The translations under genes and the position numbers were made by a program. From a virus (Duplodnaviria > Caudoviricetes), in IMG/VR virus record IMGVR_UViG_3300010160_000047, positions 1,789-65,788 of that record: DNA of 64,000 nucleotides; one strand, written 5' to 3'. Positions 38,101 to 47,783 of the stretch are shown here, one piece after another. Below the pieces are notes generated by a model. It saw nothing but the letters and a program-made list of their open reading frames with translations, searched no databases and was not told the DNA's origin. How positions within the stretch are numbered: the first letter of the stretch is position 1; the number at the start of each line of letters is the position of its first letter.

Positions 38101-41100
38101 TCTACAATTTACTTATTCAAGATAAAGCAAAAACAGAAAAGAAAAGTTTACCAATACAACAAGTAAAGAAAATTGAATATGCTGAAATGGTTGCTGACCA
38201 TTTGAATAATTTAATAGTTGATCCACAAGATGAAACTAAATTAAATGGTAGAATAAAAGAACTTAATAAAATATTAAAAGACAATGTAGATGATATTGAT
38301 GCTAAATCAGAACTTGATGCCATTAATATTCATCTTGAAAATTTAGCGCAAGAAAAAGAACCAACAAAAACTGCTGAAGAAATACTAACAGGTAAACCTG
38401 TACCCATAAAAACTTTGGAAGAAATAATTTCTGAAGAAACAATACCAGATTTAACGGTGGGTGATTTATTAGATAAAACAGGTAAATATAAAGGTCAAGA
38501 TGGATTATTTTATTTAGATGGACAAACAGTTATTTTTAAAGTTGAAGGACAAAATAAGGAATATGAACTTGGTAACATTAATGAAATAAAAGATTCTTCT
38601 ATAAAAGATTTTGGCATTGAACATAAAGAATCCGTAGTTACTATAGGAGATAATGGAGAACTAATAGTTAGAGGAGAAGAATATAAAAATAGATATTCAG
38701 ACCCATTAATGGCTATAGATAGAGATGCAAATGGGAATGTGATTGGAGTTACTTTGGAAACGAAAAATGGCAATAAAAGAAGATTTAGAGGTAATACCGC
38801 AGAAGATATAGCATATCAAATTCATTTACAAGAAATAACTAAAAATAATGAAACAAGACAATTTGAAGAATTCATCAATGAACCAGAACAACAACAGCAA
38901 ATTGACATTGGAGCAGTTCCAGAATCTACCACGGAAGGTACAGTTACAACTAATGAGCCAATTCAACGAGAAAAAATTGAACCAATCCAACAATCAGAAC
39001 AAGACCTTTCTGAAGTAAAAATTCAAGAACCATCTGAATTAGATAAAGCCAAAGAAGCAAGATTAGCTGCAAAAGAAAAGCTTAATCAAATTCGTGGTAG
39101 ATTGGGTGTAATAAGAGATACTAAAGCAGAAGCACAAGCATTATACGATTATCACGTTGCTACTATTAAACTAGCAAAAGAACACATAAAAGAAGGCATT
39201 AAAACTCTTGAAGAGTTTGCAAAATCAATTGGAGAAAAAGTTACTGAACAATTAAAAACAGCATGGAATGACGCACAAAAAAACATCCAAACAATCAAAT
39301 CTGCCTCAGAAAGTCTTAAATATAATACAGGAGAAAAAGAAGGAATATCCTATCTATCAGAATCCTCCGATGTTGACTACCCAAGTGGAGGCGGAGTACA
39401 AGGTGAAGGGGGCAAAGTTTCTCAATCAATAGTAGGTGTATGGGGTAAAGATAAAAACATACAATTTACTGGTACTACTAGAGTAAAGAACGCTGCTGAT
39501 GTTGCACATATTATGCAGTTATTGGAGAATAAAACAGTAGAACACGCATTTGCTGTACACATAGATAAAAATGGCAAATCACATATTCAATTTCTTTCAA
39601 TAGGTGGTTTATCTGGAACTGTAGTTGATCCTAAATCAGTATTAGCCGGAGCGAAAAAATTCAAATCTGTTCGTACATTTTTGATACATAATCATCCATC
39701 TGGTAATATGCAACCAAGTAATGCAGATTTAAATATTACAGCTAAAATTAGAGCAGGATTAGAACCATTAGGTATAAAGATTGAACACGTTATTATGGAT
39801 ACATTCAGCAAAGAATATATTCATATAGATGAGTTAAATGAACCTAGAGTTTATAAAAGAGATGAAAACTTACAAGACAATGTAAAATTATCAACTTATT
39901 CAATGAATGATATGATGATTTTGTCTAAGCCTATAGTAAAGGTAAGACAAGCATCTGATGCAGTAAACTTCTTACAACAGTTAAGATTTACTGCTATGCC
40001 TAAAAATGCTATGTTGCTTTTAGATTATGGCAATAGCATTATAGGTAACTATGTATTTAAAGGTGAAATAGATTACGAACAAATAACATCATTTGTAGCA
40101 GAATCTGGTATAGGAAGCAATGTTATTTTTTATGGTAATAATTTTGATAAAGCTTTAATCTCAGCAATGAGAGATAAGTTAGTTGGTTTAGATATAAAAG
40201 TACTTGACCATATAGTTACCTCAAGTGATACTACTTCAGTTAATCAGTATTATGAAAGTATGATGGAGGCAGGGCATCTATCAGAAACACAACTTAAATA
40301 CGGAACTAATATAGTTAATGAAGTAGGAGAAAGAGATCAATATAAAAAAAATGCTACTGAAGCATTAAAAGATGTAATCTACATAAAAGATTATAAAGAT
40401 GGAGCTGCATTGGCACATGGAGTAAAAAATGGAGATCCCAAAGCAATAAAACAAATGGCCGAAGAAATGGCATCAAGAATTCCAAAAGATGCTACTATAA
40501 TTCCAATGGCAGGACGTAATGGTATTGCCGGTAATATGCTTTTAGTTGCAAATGAAATATCAAAAATAAATGGCAATAAAGTTGCAGACATAATAACTGG
40601 AGAAAAAAGAGAATCGCTTTATGATTTAAAAAAACAAGGCAGAGATATTTCACAAATGAATCTTGGCTTGAAATTAAAAGGCAAAGTACCAAAAGGGGAA
40701 ATTTATGTAATAGATAATGTAGTAGCGACAGGTAAAACTGCTACTGAAATAAAAAAATTATTACCAGATTCTAAAATATTAGTTCACTCATTAGATACAA
40801 AAGTACTTAATGAAACTTTAGGTGTATCAGAAACACCTACAACATCTGTAGAAGTTACTAGTGAAAATATTAATAAATTAGATGCAAAAAAGAAAAATGA
40901 ATTAGCAGAAAAAGCAGGTATTTTTTATCATGGTACAGTTGCTAATTTTAAAGAATTTATTGCAAATAAAATAAAGTCCGGAGCAATACAAATAAAAGGT
41001 GCTTTATTTTTTACTAATAAAAAAGCAAGAGCAGATGCATTTGGATTGCAATCATATAAAAATGTTTCAAGTGAATTATTTCAATTATCAAGAGGAATAA

Positions 41101-44100
41101 TAAATTTAAATGATTACGAATCATATAAAAATTCAACTAGAGAATTGCCAAAAGATTTAATGAACAATGTAAACAATTATTTCAAATCAATTGGGATAGA
41201 AGCAACAGTAAAAACAATAGGCGATTTAGCAAAAGCATATGAAAAATATAGAAATGAAAAAGAGGCAAAATATAATGTAAAAGCTATAAAAATAAAAGAA
41301 AGTGCAAAAATAAAAGTAATAGAAGGCAAAAAAAATTGGAAAGATACATTATCTAAATTAAATATAGAAACAGGCCAGTTAAAAAACGAGTATAAAAATT
41401 ACGATGTCTTAATATTTAAAAATATTGAGGACTATCCATTAATGCAAAATCCATCAGAAGAAATAACTAATGCAGATAATATTGTAGTATTAAATCCTTC
41501 TAAAATAGAAACCATAGAAAATGAATCAGATGCCATTTCTAATTTATATAATGAAACTTTAAGAATTCCAAAAGAAAAAAGATCAGAACAACAAAACGAA
41601 CTTATATCCTCAGTTAATGAAACATTAGGAGTATCAGAACTTCCCCAACAAAAAGGTATAGCACCAATAACTGAACCTAAAACAGCAGCAGAGAAAAAAA
41701 CAGTAGCAGATCAGTTAAGACAATTAAAATCAGGCAAAGGGAAAGCGTATGATGCAGTTTTAGGCGTTCCTGTAGCCATATGGGATGGAGCAGTAGAATT
41801 GATAGCAAAGGCAATAGAAGGAAGCACAGAAGTAGCTGAAGCAATCAGAAGAGGCATTAATTACATAGAGAAGAATCATAGAGGCAAATGGGATAAACAA
41901 AACTTCAATCAAAAAGTAATAGAATCATTAGGATTTAGAGGTATTCGTGTAAATGGTGAAGATGTGATAGTTAAATCAATGGTAGATAAACAAAGTGCAG
42001 AAGTTATCAATGGTTTTTATTCACCTCTTGAACAAGGCATATTAAATGCTAAAGCAGAAAGTTTAACTGGAAAAGAATGGGCTGATAAATTACAAGCAAG
42101 TACAGATGCAGATGAATTGAAATTTACAGGAATGTCAGATTTTCTTTCTGATAATGCAAACAAATCATTAACCAAGCAAGAAGTGCTTGATTATATGAAG
42201 AACAATAGAATAGAAATTAATGAAATTCAATTAGGAGAAGGTGAAAGATCAGAATGGATAAAAAAAGAAGATGGATATTATAATTTAGGTGATAAATCTC
42301 CAGCAGATAAAAAATATAGAATAGTAGATGAAGGAACAGAATATAATGAATTTAGCATATATAGAGGTAAGTCTCATATTAAAACAGTTGAAGGATTAGA
42401 AGAAGCAAAAGAAGAAGCAGAATATATAGCATTGCAATCGCAAGGATTAGAATTTATCAGTAAAAATACTAAATATTCTGACTTTCAACTTTCTGGAGAA
42501 TCATCTAACTACAAAGAAATATTAATTACTTTACCAATTACCAAACTTCCAAAAGGGTATAAAGTAATACCAAAAAGCGAATATATCCATGGTTCTACTG
42601 AAGGTCGTAGTAATTTTCTTATAGTTGATGATGAAGGATATAGTATAATGGGAGGTAACACTAAAGAAGAAGCCATTTCTGATTTTTTAAGTTTAAGAAA
42701 AGAAAGTGGTGGATTTACATCTCCTCACTTTGATGAACCAAATATATTAGCTCACATAAGATTAAATACAAGAGTAGATGCGGATGGTAATAAAGTGGTT
42801 CATATTGAAGAATTTCAGTCTGATTGGGGTAAAGAAGGCAGAGAATATGGATTTTTAACTGAAAAAGATAGAACAGAAGGATGGAAAATAGAAGAAGCAA
42901 CAGATAGATCTGGATATTACATATTTAATCCAAAAGGCAAGAAAGTTGCATTTGAATTTAATAAAGAAGATGCTGAACTAGAATTAAATGAATTAGCTAA
43001 TATAAGCAATCAAACCGGAGAACCAATGGGATCTACTTCTCCAGCCCCTTTTGTAACAGAAACTGGTAATTGGGTAAAACTATCGTGGAAAGTAGCACTT
43101 AAAGAAGCAGTAAAAGAAGGAGCAGATAAAATTACTTGGACTACAGGAGAACAACAAAATGATAGATATCGTTTAGATAAAGATGTAGAATCAATATTAC
43201 ATAAACCAAATTCAGATGGAACTTATCAGGTAGAAGTATTTGGACATAATGGAGGCACTCTTTATTTAAATGAAAAAGCTACATTAAAAGATATAGAATC
43301 AACATTAGGAAAAGAGATAGCTGAAAAAATTGAAAAAAACGAAGGCGAAACTGAAAAAAGAGGTAAAATTTTAGAAGGCGAAGATTTAACTATAAGTGGT
43401 AAAGGAATGAAAGGGTTTTATGGTTCTCCAAGTGAAGGTAAATTAGGTATTGTAGGGGATGTAATTAAATCTATGATTGGGCAAGAACCTAAAACAACTA
43501 TATTAAATAAAGGAGTAACAGAAAATTTAAAAGCATATGAATTTGATGGAACACAAGATATTTCTGATGTACCAGGGTCTAATTTTATTAATAAAGGCGA
43601 GTGGGTAGTTGAATCTCCAACTGGACTTAAAATGATAGTTGAAGCATCTTCAAGAGAAACAGCAATTCAAGAATTTAAAGATGCTGCAAGTGATGCGGAT
43701 GTAAACATACCTAGTGGAAACGAATCAGTTCAACATTCAATAGAAATAACCCCAGAGATAAAAGAAGGAGTTAAAGAAGGTATGGGTTTATTCAAAGCTC
43801 CATTTGAAAGAACTGAATTACAAAAGGCTCAAGAAGCAAGAAGAGCAGCTAAAGCTAAACTAGATGAAATTAAAGGAAGATTGGGTATTGCTAAAGATAT
43901 AGAAGCTCAGGCACAAGCATTATTTGATTATCATAAAGCATTAGTTGCTGAAGCAAAAGAATATGTAAAATTAGGAATTAAAAAAGTAGAAGAATTTGCA
44001 AAAGAAATAGGAGAGAAAGTAGATGATGCAGTAAAGGCTGCTTGGAATGAAGCTATGGGAATAAACCCTCCGGCTAAAGTACCTGAAGATTTAAAGCATA

Positions 44101-47100
44101 TAGCTAGGATGCTAGAAACTGATGAAGAATGGACTGGTATTAGTCAAGCAAGATTGAAAGAGATAGAAGAAGTTCGTGAATTATTTGAAAGAGAAAAAGG
44201 AACTAATTGGCCAACAATACAAAGAGAAGCATTAGAACAATTAGCAAGAAAATATCCAGATGAAACTATTTATGATGCAGCAAGATTAGAAGTAGAAATA
44301 TTAGCTAATAAATATGATAATAAAGAAGATTACAACCCAACAACTAAAGACTTAGCAGTCATTCAAGAATTTAAAAGACAAACTGAACAAAAAATAGATA
44401 AACTTAAGAATAATTTAAATTCTGAAAAAGATGTAATAAGAAATTTAGCAGTCCTTAAAATTGAAGCATATCAAGATGATTTAGTAAAAGTTGGCAAAGC
44501 TTCATTTAAAAGAGAAGCAGGTACTGCATTTGGATTTAGAGCTTCTGAAAGTAGAATGGATGAGAATTATGGTTTGCAAATAAGAAAAGCGCAATTAATT
44601 AGAGCAAATGATGGAGAAGAATTATCAAAAGAAGATAATGATTTTTTAAATGACCAATGGGCAAAGGAAAAAGAATTGATGAAGAAAGAACAACAGATTC
44701 GTGAGCAAGGATTAAAAGATGCTTTTGATGTACAATTGGATAAAGTGAAGAAAGATTATGAGGAGAAAATGAAATTAATGAAAGCTAAAACAACACCAGA
44801 AGTTAGGAAACAGGCATTATCAAAAACAGGTAAAGATGTTGCTAATGTAATTAGAAGATTAAAATTAAGAGGTACAAAATTAGACTTTACTATAGGCGGT
44901 TGGAACTTAGCAGTTGAAGGTGTTGCAAAAATAGTTGAAGCTGGATTTACAGTTGCAGAAGCTATAGAGCAATTAATTCAAAATAAAACTATCGGATTCA
45001 AAACAGCAGAAGATAGAAAAATATTTGAAGACAACTTAGCATCATTCATAAACAATTTAGATAGAAGAGAAACATCTTTGGAGGACATTAAAAAGATGGC
45101 TCAAGCAAATGGTGATACTACAGTTACGATTGATATGGTTAAGAAAGGATTGATTAAAGATTTTATCAACTCACACGTTGGCGAATTTGAAAATAAAGAT
45201 ATCTTAGAAGAAGCATACAATGAGTTAAAAAAGATATTGCCAGACTTAGATAGAAATGCTCTTAGAAGAGCAATGCTTAGATTAGATGAGTTCAAGACTC
45301 CGGATAAGAAAACAATAGAGAATATGTTGGCTCAAGAAACTCGTGCATTACAAAGATTATTAGAAAAAGAAGAAAACAAAAAAGTACAAGGAAATGAGCA
45401 ACAAAAAAGATTATTAGAAAAAGAGAAAAAAAGTATTCAAAGAAAAATTCGTGAATTTCAAAGAAAATTAAAAGAAGGAGAATTTGAAAAAGAAGAACCT
45501 GTAACATTAAAAAAACAAGATGCTGAATTAATTCAATTAAATAAAGAAAAGAAAGAAGCAGAAGGTGCATTCAGAAAAAAACAACAAGAATTAGAAGAAA
45601 AAAATAAACATTGGCTACAAAGATTTGGCGATACAGTAAGAAATACTTGGGTTGCATTTTTGATTGGTTCTCCAGTTACGTTAGCAAAAGTTGGATATAT
45701 GTCTTTAGTTAGACCTTCATCTGAAATAATAAGAAAAGCTGTATTTGGTAAATTATTTAATTTGATTTATCCAAATATTTCTAAAGCAGCAGAAAGAGGT
45801 GGAGAAAGTAGTGGATTAAGACCAATAGCAGAAGGATTAAAAGCATATTTTAGACAAAATACAGCAGCATCAATTGAAAAGAAATCTCAATTAGCAATTC
45901 AAAAATACGATCAATCTGCAAAAGCTTATTATGATGCTTTAAATACAGGTGCTGATACAAAAACATTAAAAAAATTAGAAAAACAAATGAATAGAGATTT
46001 AGAAAATTCTCTTTCAAATATAATTTATCAATTTATAGGAGGCAGTTCACTTAAAGATTCTTGGCAATCATTTATAAATAGATCAAATGAAATAGAAAAA
46101 CAATTTGGTAAAGTAGATATTGAATCAATAAGAGATGGAAATGCTTTAGATAAAATGAATTATATTATGGGATTCATTGGTCGGTCGCATTCAGCCGCAA
46201 AAACATTTTCTGGTAGATTTAGTTTTGCAGTATCATTTATGAGCCGTTTAGAAGGTGCAATAAAAGATGGTTCTATATCAGATCCAAATAAAATTATAGA
46301 AATAGCACATGAATCATATCTTGATTGGGAAAGAGGTAAATATCAACAAGATAATTGGCTTACTGAAAAATGGAATGAAATAACTGCCGCAATTAGAAAA
46401 AATACTTCTAAAAATCCAAAATGGAAACCATTTGATAAAGGGTTAGAATTTTTAACTAAATCAGAAGTAGCCATTACAAGAGTTCCGGTAAATGTATTGT
46501 GGGAACAAGTAGGTGAATATGCAAGAGGAGCATTTGTTGCGCCTATTAAGGCATATAGAGAAATTAAATCTGCTAAAGCACAAGCTAAAATGGAAGGATA
46601 TGATAAAGCAGTAAATAGTGCTGAATTCAAAAAAAGAGTTAATGAGATTGTTTCTACTATGGATCAAGACCAAGCAGCTAGAATATTTAGATTATTTACT
46701 AAAGGAGGATTGGGTCTTGGATTGTATGGCTTGACTTTAGTTACTGGATTAATGCATTTTGGAGTATTCCCTCACAAAGGACAAAAGCAAAAGAAAGAAG
46801 AATATGAATTAGAACCAGAAGAATTGAATCCGGGTCAAGTCATGTTTGGTGATGATAAATTAGGAGAAACTGCATCTAAATTAGTAGAACATACTCCAGC
46901 ATTATGGCCATCATTTATGGGATTGGGATTAGCTAAAATATATGCAGATGATGTAAAAGCAGGTAAAATGACTTCTCAAGCAGCATGGGATGCAGTTTAT
47001 ACTCATTTGCAGATTGTAGAAGGAGCAATACCTCAAACAAAAGTTTTCAGTCCATTAAATGTTATTAAAGGTGTAGGTAAAACTTGGGCAGGGAAAGCAA

Positions 47101-47711
47101 GTAGTTATGGTATGTTTGATAGTTTGATAGATGCAAAAGGTAACTTTATAGATAAAGAAAAAGAAGGATTGAAATTAACTAGTCCAGAAGTTTTGAGATT
47201 AGAAAAATATGGAGTTGCTCCTTTAGAATTAGGTACAAGAAAACAATACAAAATAGAAATAGATAAGACTCATCCAAAAGAAGGATTAACTCCAAAAGGA
47301 AAAGAATATGCATTAATGAATCCTCACGAATTTACTAAATTTACCGAATACAGAAAGTCATACATTAATGAAACTCTTAGAGAATTGTATAGAGCGGAAG
47401 ATGGTGCTTATATTGGAGTAGATAAAGATTTTAATCCAGATTATACTTATTTAAAACCAAATAGAACCATATATAATTTGATGCGAAATTTGGCAAACAA
47501 ACCAGTTGATGGAGCAACAATTGAATTAAACAAACAAGTTCTTGCTGAAATAATGCCAATAATAATTAGTCAATCTTCAATAGTTGCAAAAAACAAATTA
47601 ATAGAAGAAGGATTATTACCAGAATCAAATTATGAAGATGAAGAAGGGAATGAAAACATAATGACAATAAAAGAAATTATTCAAGATTTATATGAAAATA
47701 ACACGCCGTAA
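35112..47711 (+). CDS. 4199-aa polyvalent internal virion protein (JAB/RadC x2, PRTase, ADP-ribosyltransferase-like, EEFQSDW domain)
   Basis: HNHPSGNMQPSNAD (JAB, ~39687), degenerate second RadC ending VLDHIV, YVIDNVVATGKT (PRTase), FYHGT...FFTN...VVLNPSKI (ART-PolyVal-like, ~40923-41517), HFDEPN..HIR..IEEFQSDW (~42807). Confidence 0.9.
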   Translation: MDMNTIEDTNAEVENSINEPIYKSKDGQIITHSQLLSSGYKVNDINAGVTDKTLSLIGDTKDEDQEFQSKDGQKVNTKTLLSSGYSQKDIDGGILDGILTPIEKKNQVQPSEPDIPIVDISQVDSSGSQDGASNVITPTPTETQAPIDASGRIIFDQKEPSQPKVAAPNEPAPANSIDLILQANDNLNKKVGKIKDQAGREREIDQPDLKAQDEGKKTLDYLKTFKIDTDDLYNKIKDLPPEIYNATLAKQDGTIDYPYSKEKLFEMYQNEPAKFTFTVNHLKNMADIIKGAKGATIDGQPVDKSYFGKLYNNLNQSTTHKGWLNNKEQQIELINKYLPSLDSRRVALDRLETNASMYYTPANPNVIADYNASPLKDKLDPAQFAALQMQKMFNPKAYQQAIGFLDVKPQTETAVTLGVSFTPDGFVLNQPKDTETQESINLKVGKETTLKNLADAGRYNTIMNLQYKNEKIASQLKQFPTDQYSELVNKYNTSADELKKISAQNEELKNNIEENLGKYKTPYIQQYNANIQKANSISQEMNSISEQFKQMPQDNRGQLIGQFNDNLAKINAVKDDYKKDADKYPNYFNLKYEQQVKDFMQQTGFNAVQYGIMKFGMGLIKTGRSIENVSISLFGNNEDKIIHDLASYGESQVEAQDEYLPSKYQSGNNLVSIKVSDDLKSKLDAVIRGRDLSDLNIGDKDFLKNILSQNQDQVHTITDTDKNGKGANFWSYSTLYANTGMLGDIMSFVVQAGVLTALGVPELAASAIPLWTTTQDDFRKEGIAKGLTGSELDGYANLNATIMFLAGMVTPKLVVLKKLAGIGSAESKMLAGITEDTWNTVVNKNRPIIDRIKNSVLATTKEAAKMTGTFGIAAPALQQIVGKEMYGDRVSYGDIKNNVMESAEHLLKSSAALLAVGAITNFKSTSPEQKAALWQLGANPKIRLAEIEDALKNGEINSTQADARKKVIQDASNIIQTMPTKNMQGKPLTDKQRVDYFYNLLIQDKAKTEKKSLPIQQVKKIEYAEMVADHLNNLIVDPQDETKLNGRIKELNKILKDNVDDIDAKSELDAINIHLENLAQEKEPTKTAEEILTGKPVPIKTLEEIISEETIPDLTVGDLLDKTGKYKGQDGLFYLDGQTVIFKVEGQNKEYELGNINEIKDSSIKDFGIEHKESVVTIGDNGELIVRGEEYKNRYSDPLMAIDRDANGNVIGVTLETKNGNKRRFRGNTAEDIAYQIHLQEITKNNETRQFEEFINEPEQQQQIDIGAVPESTTEGTVTTNEPIQREKIEPIQQSEQDLSEVKIQEPSELDKAKEARLAAKEKLNQIRGRLGVIRDTKAEAQALYDYHVATIKLAKEHIKEGIKTLEEFAKSIGEKVTEQLKTAWNDAQKNIQTIKSASESLKYNTGEKEGISYLSESSDVDYPSGGGVQGEGGKVSQSIVGVWGKDKNIQFTGTTRVKNAADVAHIMQLLENKTVEHAFAVHIDKNGKSHIQFLSIGGLSGTVVDPKSVLAGAKKFKSVRTFLIHNHPSGNMQPSNADLNITAKIRAGLEPLGIKIEHVIMDTFSKEYIHIDELNEPRVYKRDENLQDNVKLSTYSMNDMMILSKPIVKVRQASDAVNFLQQLRFTAMPKNAMLLLDYGNSIIGNYVFKGEIDYEQITSFVAESGIGSNVIFYGNNFDKALISAMRDKLVGLDIKVLDHIVTSSDTTSVNQYYESMMEAGHLSETQLKYGTNIVNEVGERDQYKKNATEALKDVIYIKDYKDGAALAHGVKNGDPKAIKQMAEEMASRIPKDATIIPMAGRNGIAGNMLLVANEISKINGNKVADIITGEKRESLYDLKKQGRDISQMNLGLKLKGKVPKGEIYVIDNVVATGKTATEIKKLLPDSKILVHSLDTKVLNETLGVSETPTTSVEVTSENINKLDAKKKNELAEKAGIFYHGTVANFKEFIANKIKSGAIQIKGALFFTNKKARADAFGLQSYKNVSSELFQLSRGIINLNDYESYKNSTRELPKDLMNNVNNYFKSIGIEATVKTIGDLAKAYEKYRNEKEAKYNVKAIKIKESAKIKVIEGKKNWKDTLSKLNIETGQLKNEYKNYDVLIFKNIEDYPLMQNPSEEITNADNIVVLNPSKIETIENESDAISNLYNETLRIPKEKRSEQQNELISSVNETLGVSELPQQKGIAPITEPKTAAEKKTVADQLRQLKSGKGKAYDAVLGVPVAIWDGAVELIAKAIEGSTEVAEAIRRGINYIEKNHRGKWDKQNFNQKVIESLGFRGIRVNGEDVIVKSMVDKQSAEVINGFYSPLEQGILNAKAESLTGKEWADKLQASTDADELKFTGMSDFLSDNANKSLTKQEVLDYMKNNRIEINEIQLGEGERSEWIKKEDGYYNLGDKSPADKKYRIVDEGTEYNEFSIYRGKSHIKTVEGLEEAKEEAEYIALQSQGLEFISKNTKYSDFQLSGESSNYKEILITLPITKLPKGYKVIPKSEYIHGSTEGRSNFLIVDDEGYSIMGGNTKEEAISDFLSLRKESGGFTSPHFDEPNILAHIRLNTRVDADGNKVVHIEEFQSDWGKEGREYGFLTEKDRTEGWKIEEATDRSGYYIFNPKGKKVAFEFNKEDAELELNELANISNQTGEPMGSTSPAPFVTETGNWVKLSWKVALKEAVKEGADKITWTTGEQQNDRYRLDKDVESILHKPNSDGTYQVEVFGHNGGTLYLNEKATLKDIESTLGKEIAEKIEKNEGETEKRGKILEGEDLTISGKGMKGFYGSPSEGKLGIVGDVIKSMIGQEPKTTILNKGVTENLKAYEFDGTQDISDVPGSNFINKGEWVVESPTGLKMIVEASSRETAIQEFKDAASDADVNIPSGNESVQHSIEITPEIKEGVKEGMGLFKAPFERTELQKAQEARRAAKAKLDEIKGRLGIAKDIEAQAQALFDYHKALVAEAKEYVKLGIKKVEEFAKEIGEKVDDAVKAAWNEAMGINPPAKVPEDLKHIARMLETDEEWTGISQARLKEIEEVRELFEREKGTNWPTIQREALEQLARKYPDETIYDAARLEVEILANKYDNKEDYNPTTKDLAVIQEFKRQTEQKIDKLKNNLNSEKDVIRNLAVLKIEAYQDDLVKVGKASFKREAGTAFGFRASESRMDENYGLQIRKAQLIRANDGEELSKEDNDFLNDQWAKEKELMKKEQQIREQGLKDAFDVQLDKVKKDYEEKMKLMKAKTTPEVRKQALSKTGKDVANVIRRLKLRGTKLDFTIGGWNLAVEGVAKIVEAGFTVAEAIEQLIQNKTIGFKTAEDRKIFEDNLASFINNLDRRETSLEDIKKMAQANGDTTVTIDMVKKGLIKDFINSHVGEFENKDILEEAYNELKKILPDLDRNALRRAMLRLDEFKTPDKKTIENMLAQETRALQRLLEKEENKKVQGNEQQKRLLEKEKKSIQRKIREFQRKLKEGEFEKEEPVTLKKQDAELIQLNKEKKEAEGAFRKKQQELEEKNKHWLQRFGDTVRNTWVAFLIGSPVTLAKVGYMSLVRPSSEIIRKAVFGKLFNLIYPNISKAAERGGESSGLRPIAEGLKAYFRQNTAASIEKKSQLAIQKYDQSAKAYYDALNTGADTKTLKKLEKQMNRDLENSLSNIIYQFIGGSSLKDSWQSFINRSNEIEKQFGKVDIESIRDGNALDKMNYIMGFIGRSHSAAKTFSGRFSFAVSFMSRLEGAIKDGSISDPNKIIEIAHESYLDWERGKYQQDNWLTEKWNEITAAIRKNTSKNPKWKPFDKGLEFLTKSEVAITRVPVNVLWEQVGEYARGAFVAPIKAYREIKSAKAQAKMEGYDKAVNSAEFKKRVNEIVSTMDQDQAARIFRLFTKGGLGLGLYGLTLVTGLMHFGVFPHKGQKQKKEEYELEPEELNPGQVMFGDDKLGETASKLVEHTPALWPSFMGLGLAKIYADDVKAGKMTSQAAWDAVYTHLQIVEGAIPQTKVFSPLNVIKGVGKTWAGKASSYGMFDSLIDAKGNFIDKEKEGLKLTSPEVLRLEKYGVAPLELGTRKQYKIEIDKTHPKEGLTPKGKEYALMNPHEFTKFTEYRKSYINETLRELYRAEDGAYIGVDKDFNPDYTYLKPNRTIYNLMRNLANKPVDGATIELNKQVLAEIMPIIISQSSIVAKNKLIEEGLLPESNYEDEEGNENIMTIKEIIQDLYENNTP
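38848..39018 (+). CDS. candidate overprinted 56-aa ORF (+1 frame inside the giant gene)
   Basis: MKQDNLKNSSMNQNNNSKLTLEQFQNLPRKVQLQLMSQFNEKKLNQSNNQNKTFLK, with AACTAAAAATA before the ATG. Confidence 0.45.
   Translation: MKQDNLKNSSMNQNNNSKLTLEQFQNLPRKVQLQLMSQFNEKKLNQSNNQNKTFLK
39268..39432 (+). CDS. candidate overprinted 54-aa ORF (+1 frame inside the giant gene)
   Basis: MTHKKTSKQSNLPQKVLNIIQEKKKEYPIYQNPPMLTTQVEAEYKVKGAKFLNQ, ending just before the JAB domain. Confidence 0.4.
   Translation: MTHKKTSKQSNLPQKVLNIIQEKKKEYPIYQNPPMLTTQVEAEYKVKGAKFLNQ
40809..41639 (+). repeat. 24-bp direct repeats (NETLGVSE) flanking the ART-like module
   Basis: AATGAAACTTTAGGTGTATCAGAA (40809-40832) vs AATGAAACATTAGGAGTATCAGAA (41616-41639), 22/24 identical. 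Confidence 0.85.
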
Positions 47712-47783
47712 AAATAATACGCATTTAAAAGATTTTAATATATTTTTGACAATAATAATTATATTTGCTAAACCTCTAAAAAA

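Noticed and set aside
44047-44064. +1-frame ORF after the second copy of the 80-aa repeat
   Set aside because: Closes after five codons (MKLWE), so overprinting is not a property of the repeat itself.
37304-46673. Antisense ORFs within the giant gene, and similar ones in TerL, MCP and fibre genes
   Set aside because: Typical reverse-frame shadows of strongly biased coding sequence, with no start context or motifs.
35112-47711. Virion RNA polymerase in the giant protein
   Set aside because: No catalytic DFDxD-type motif noticed; the recognisable motifs belong to other domains. A profile search would be needed to exclude it fully.
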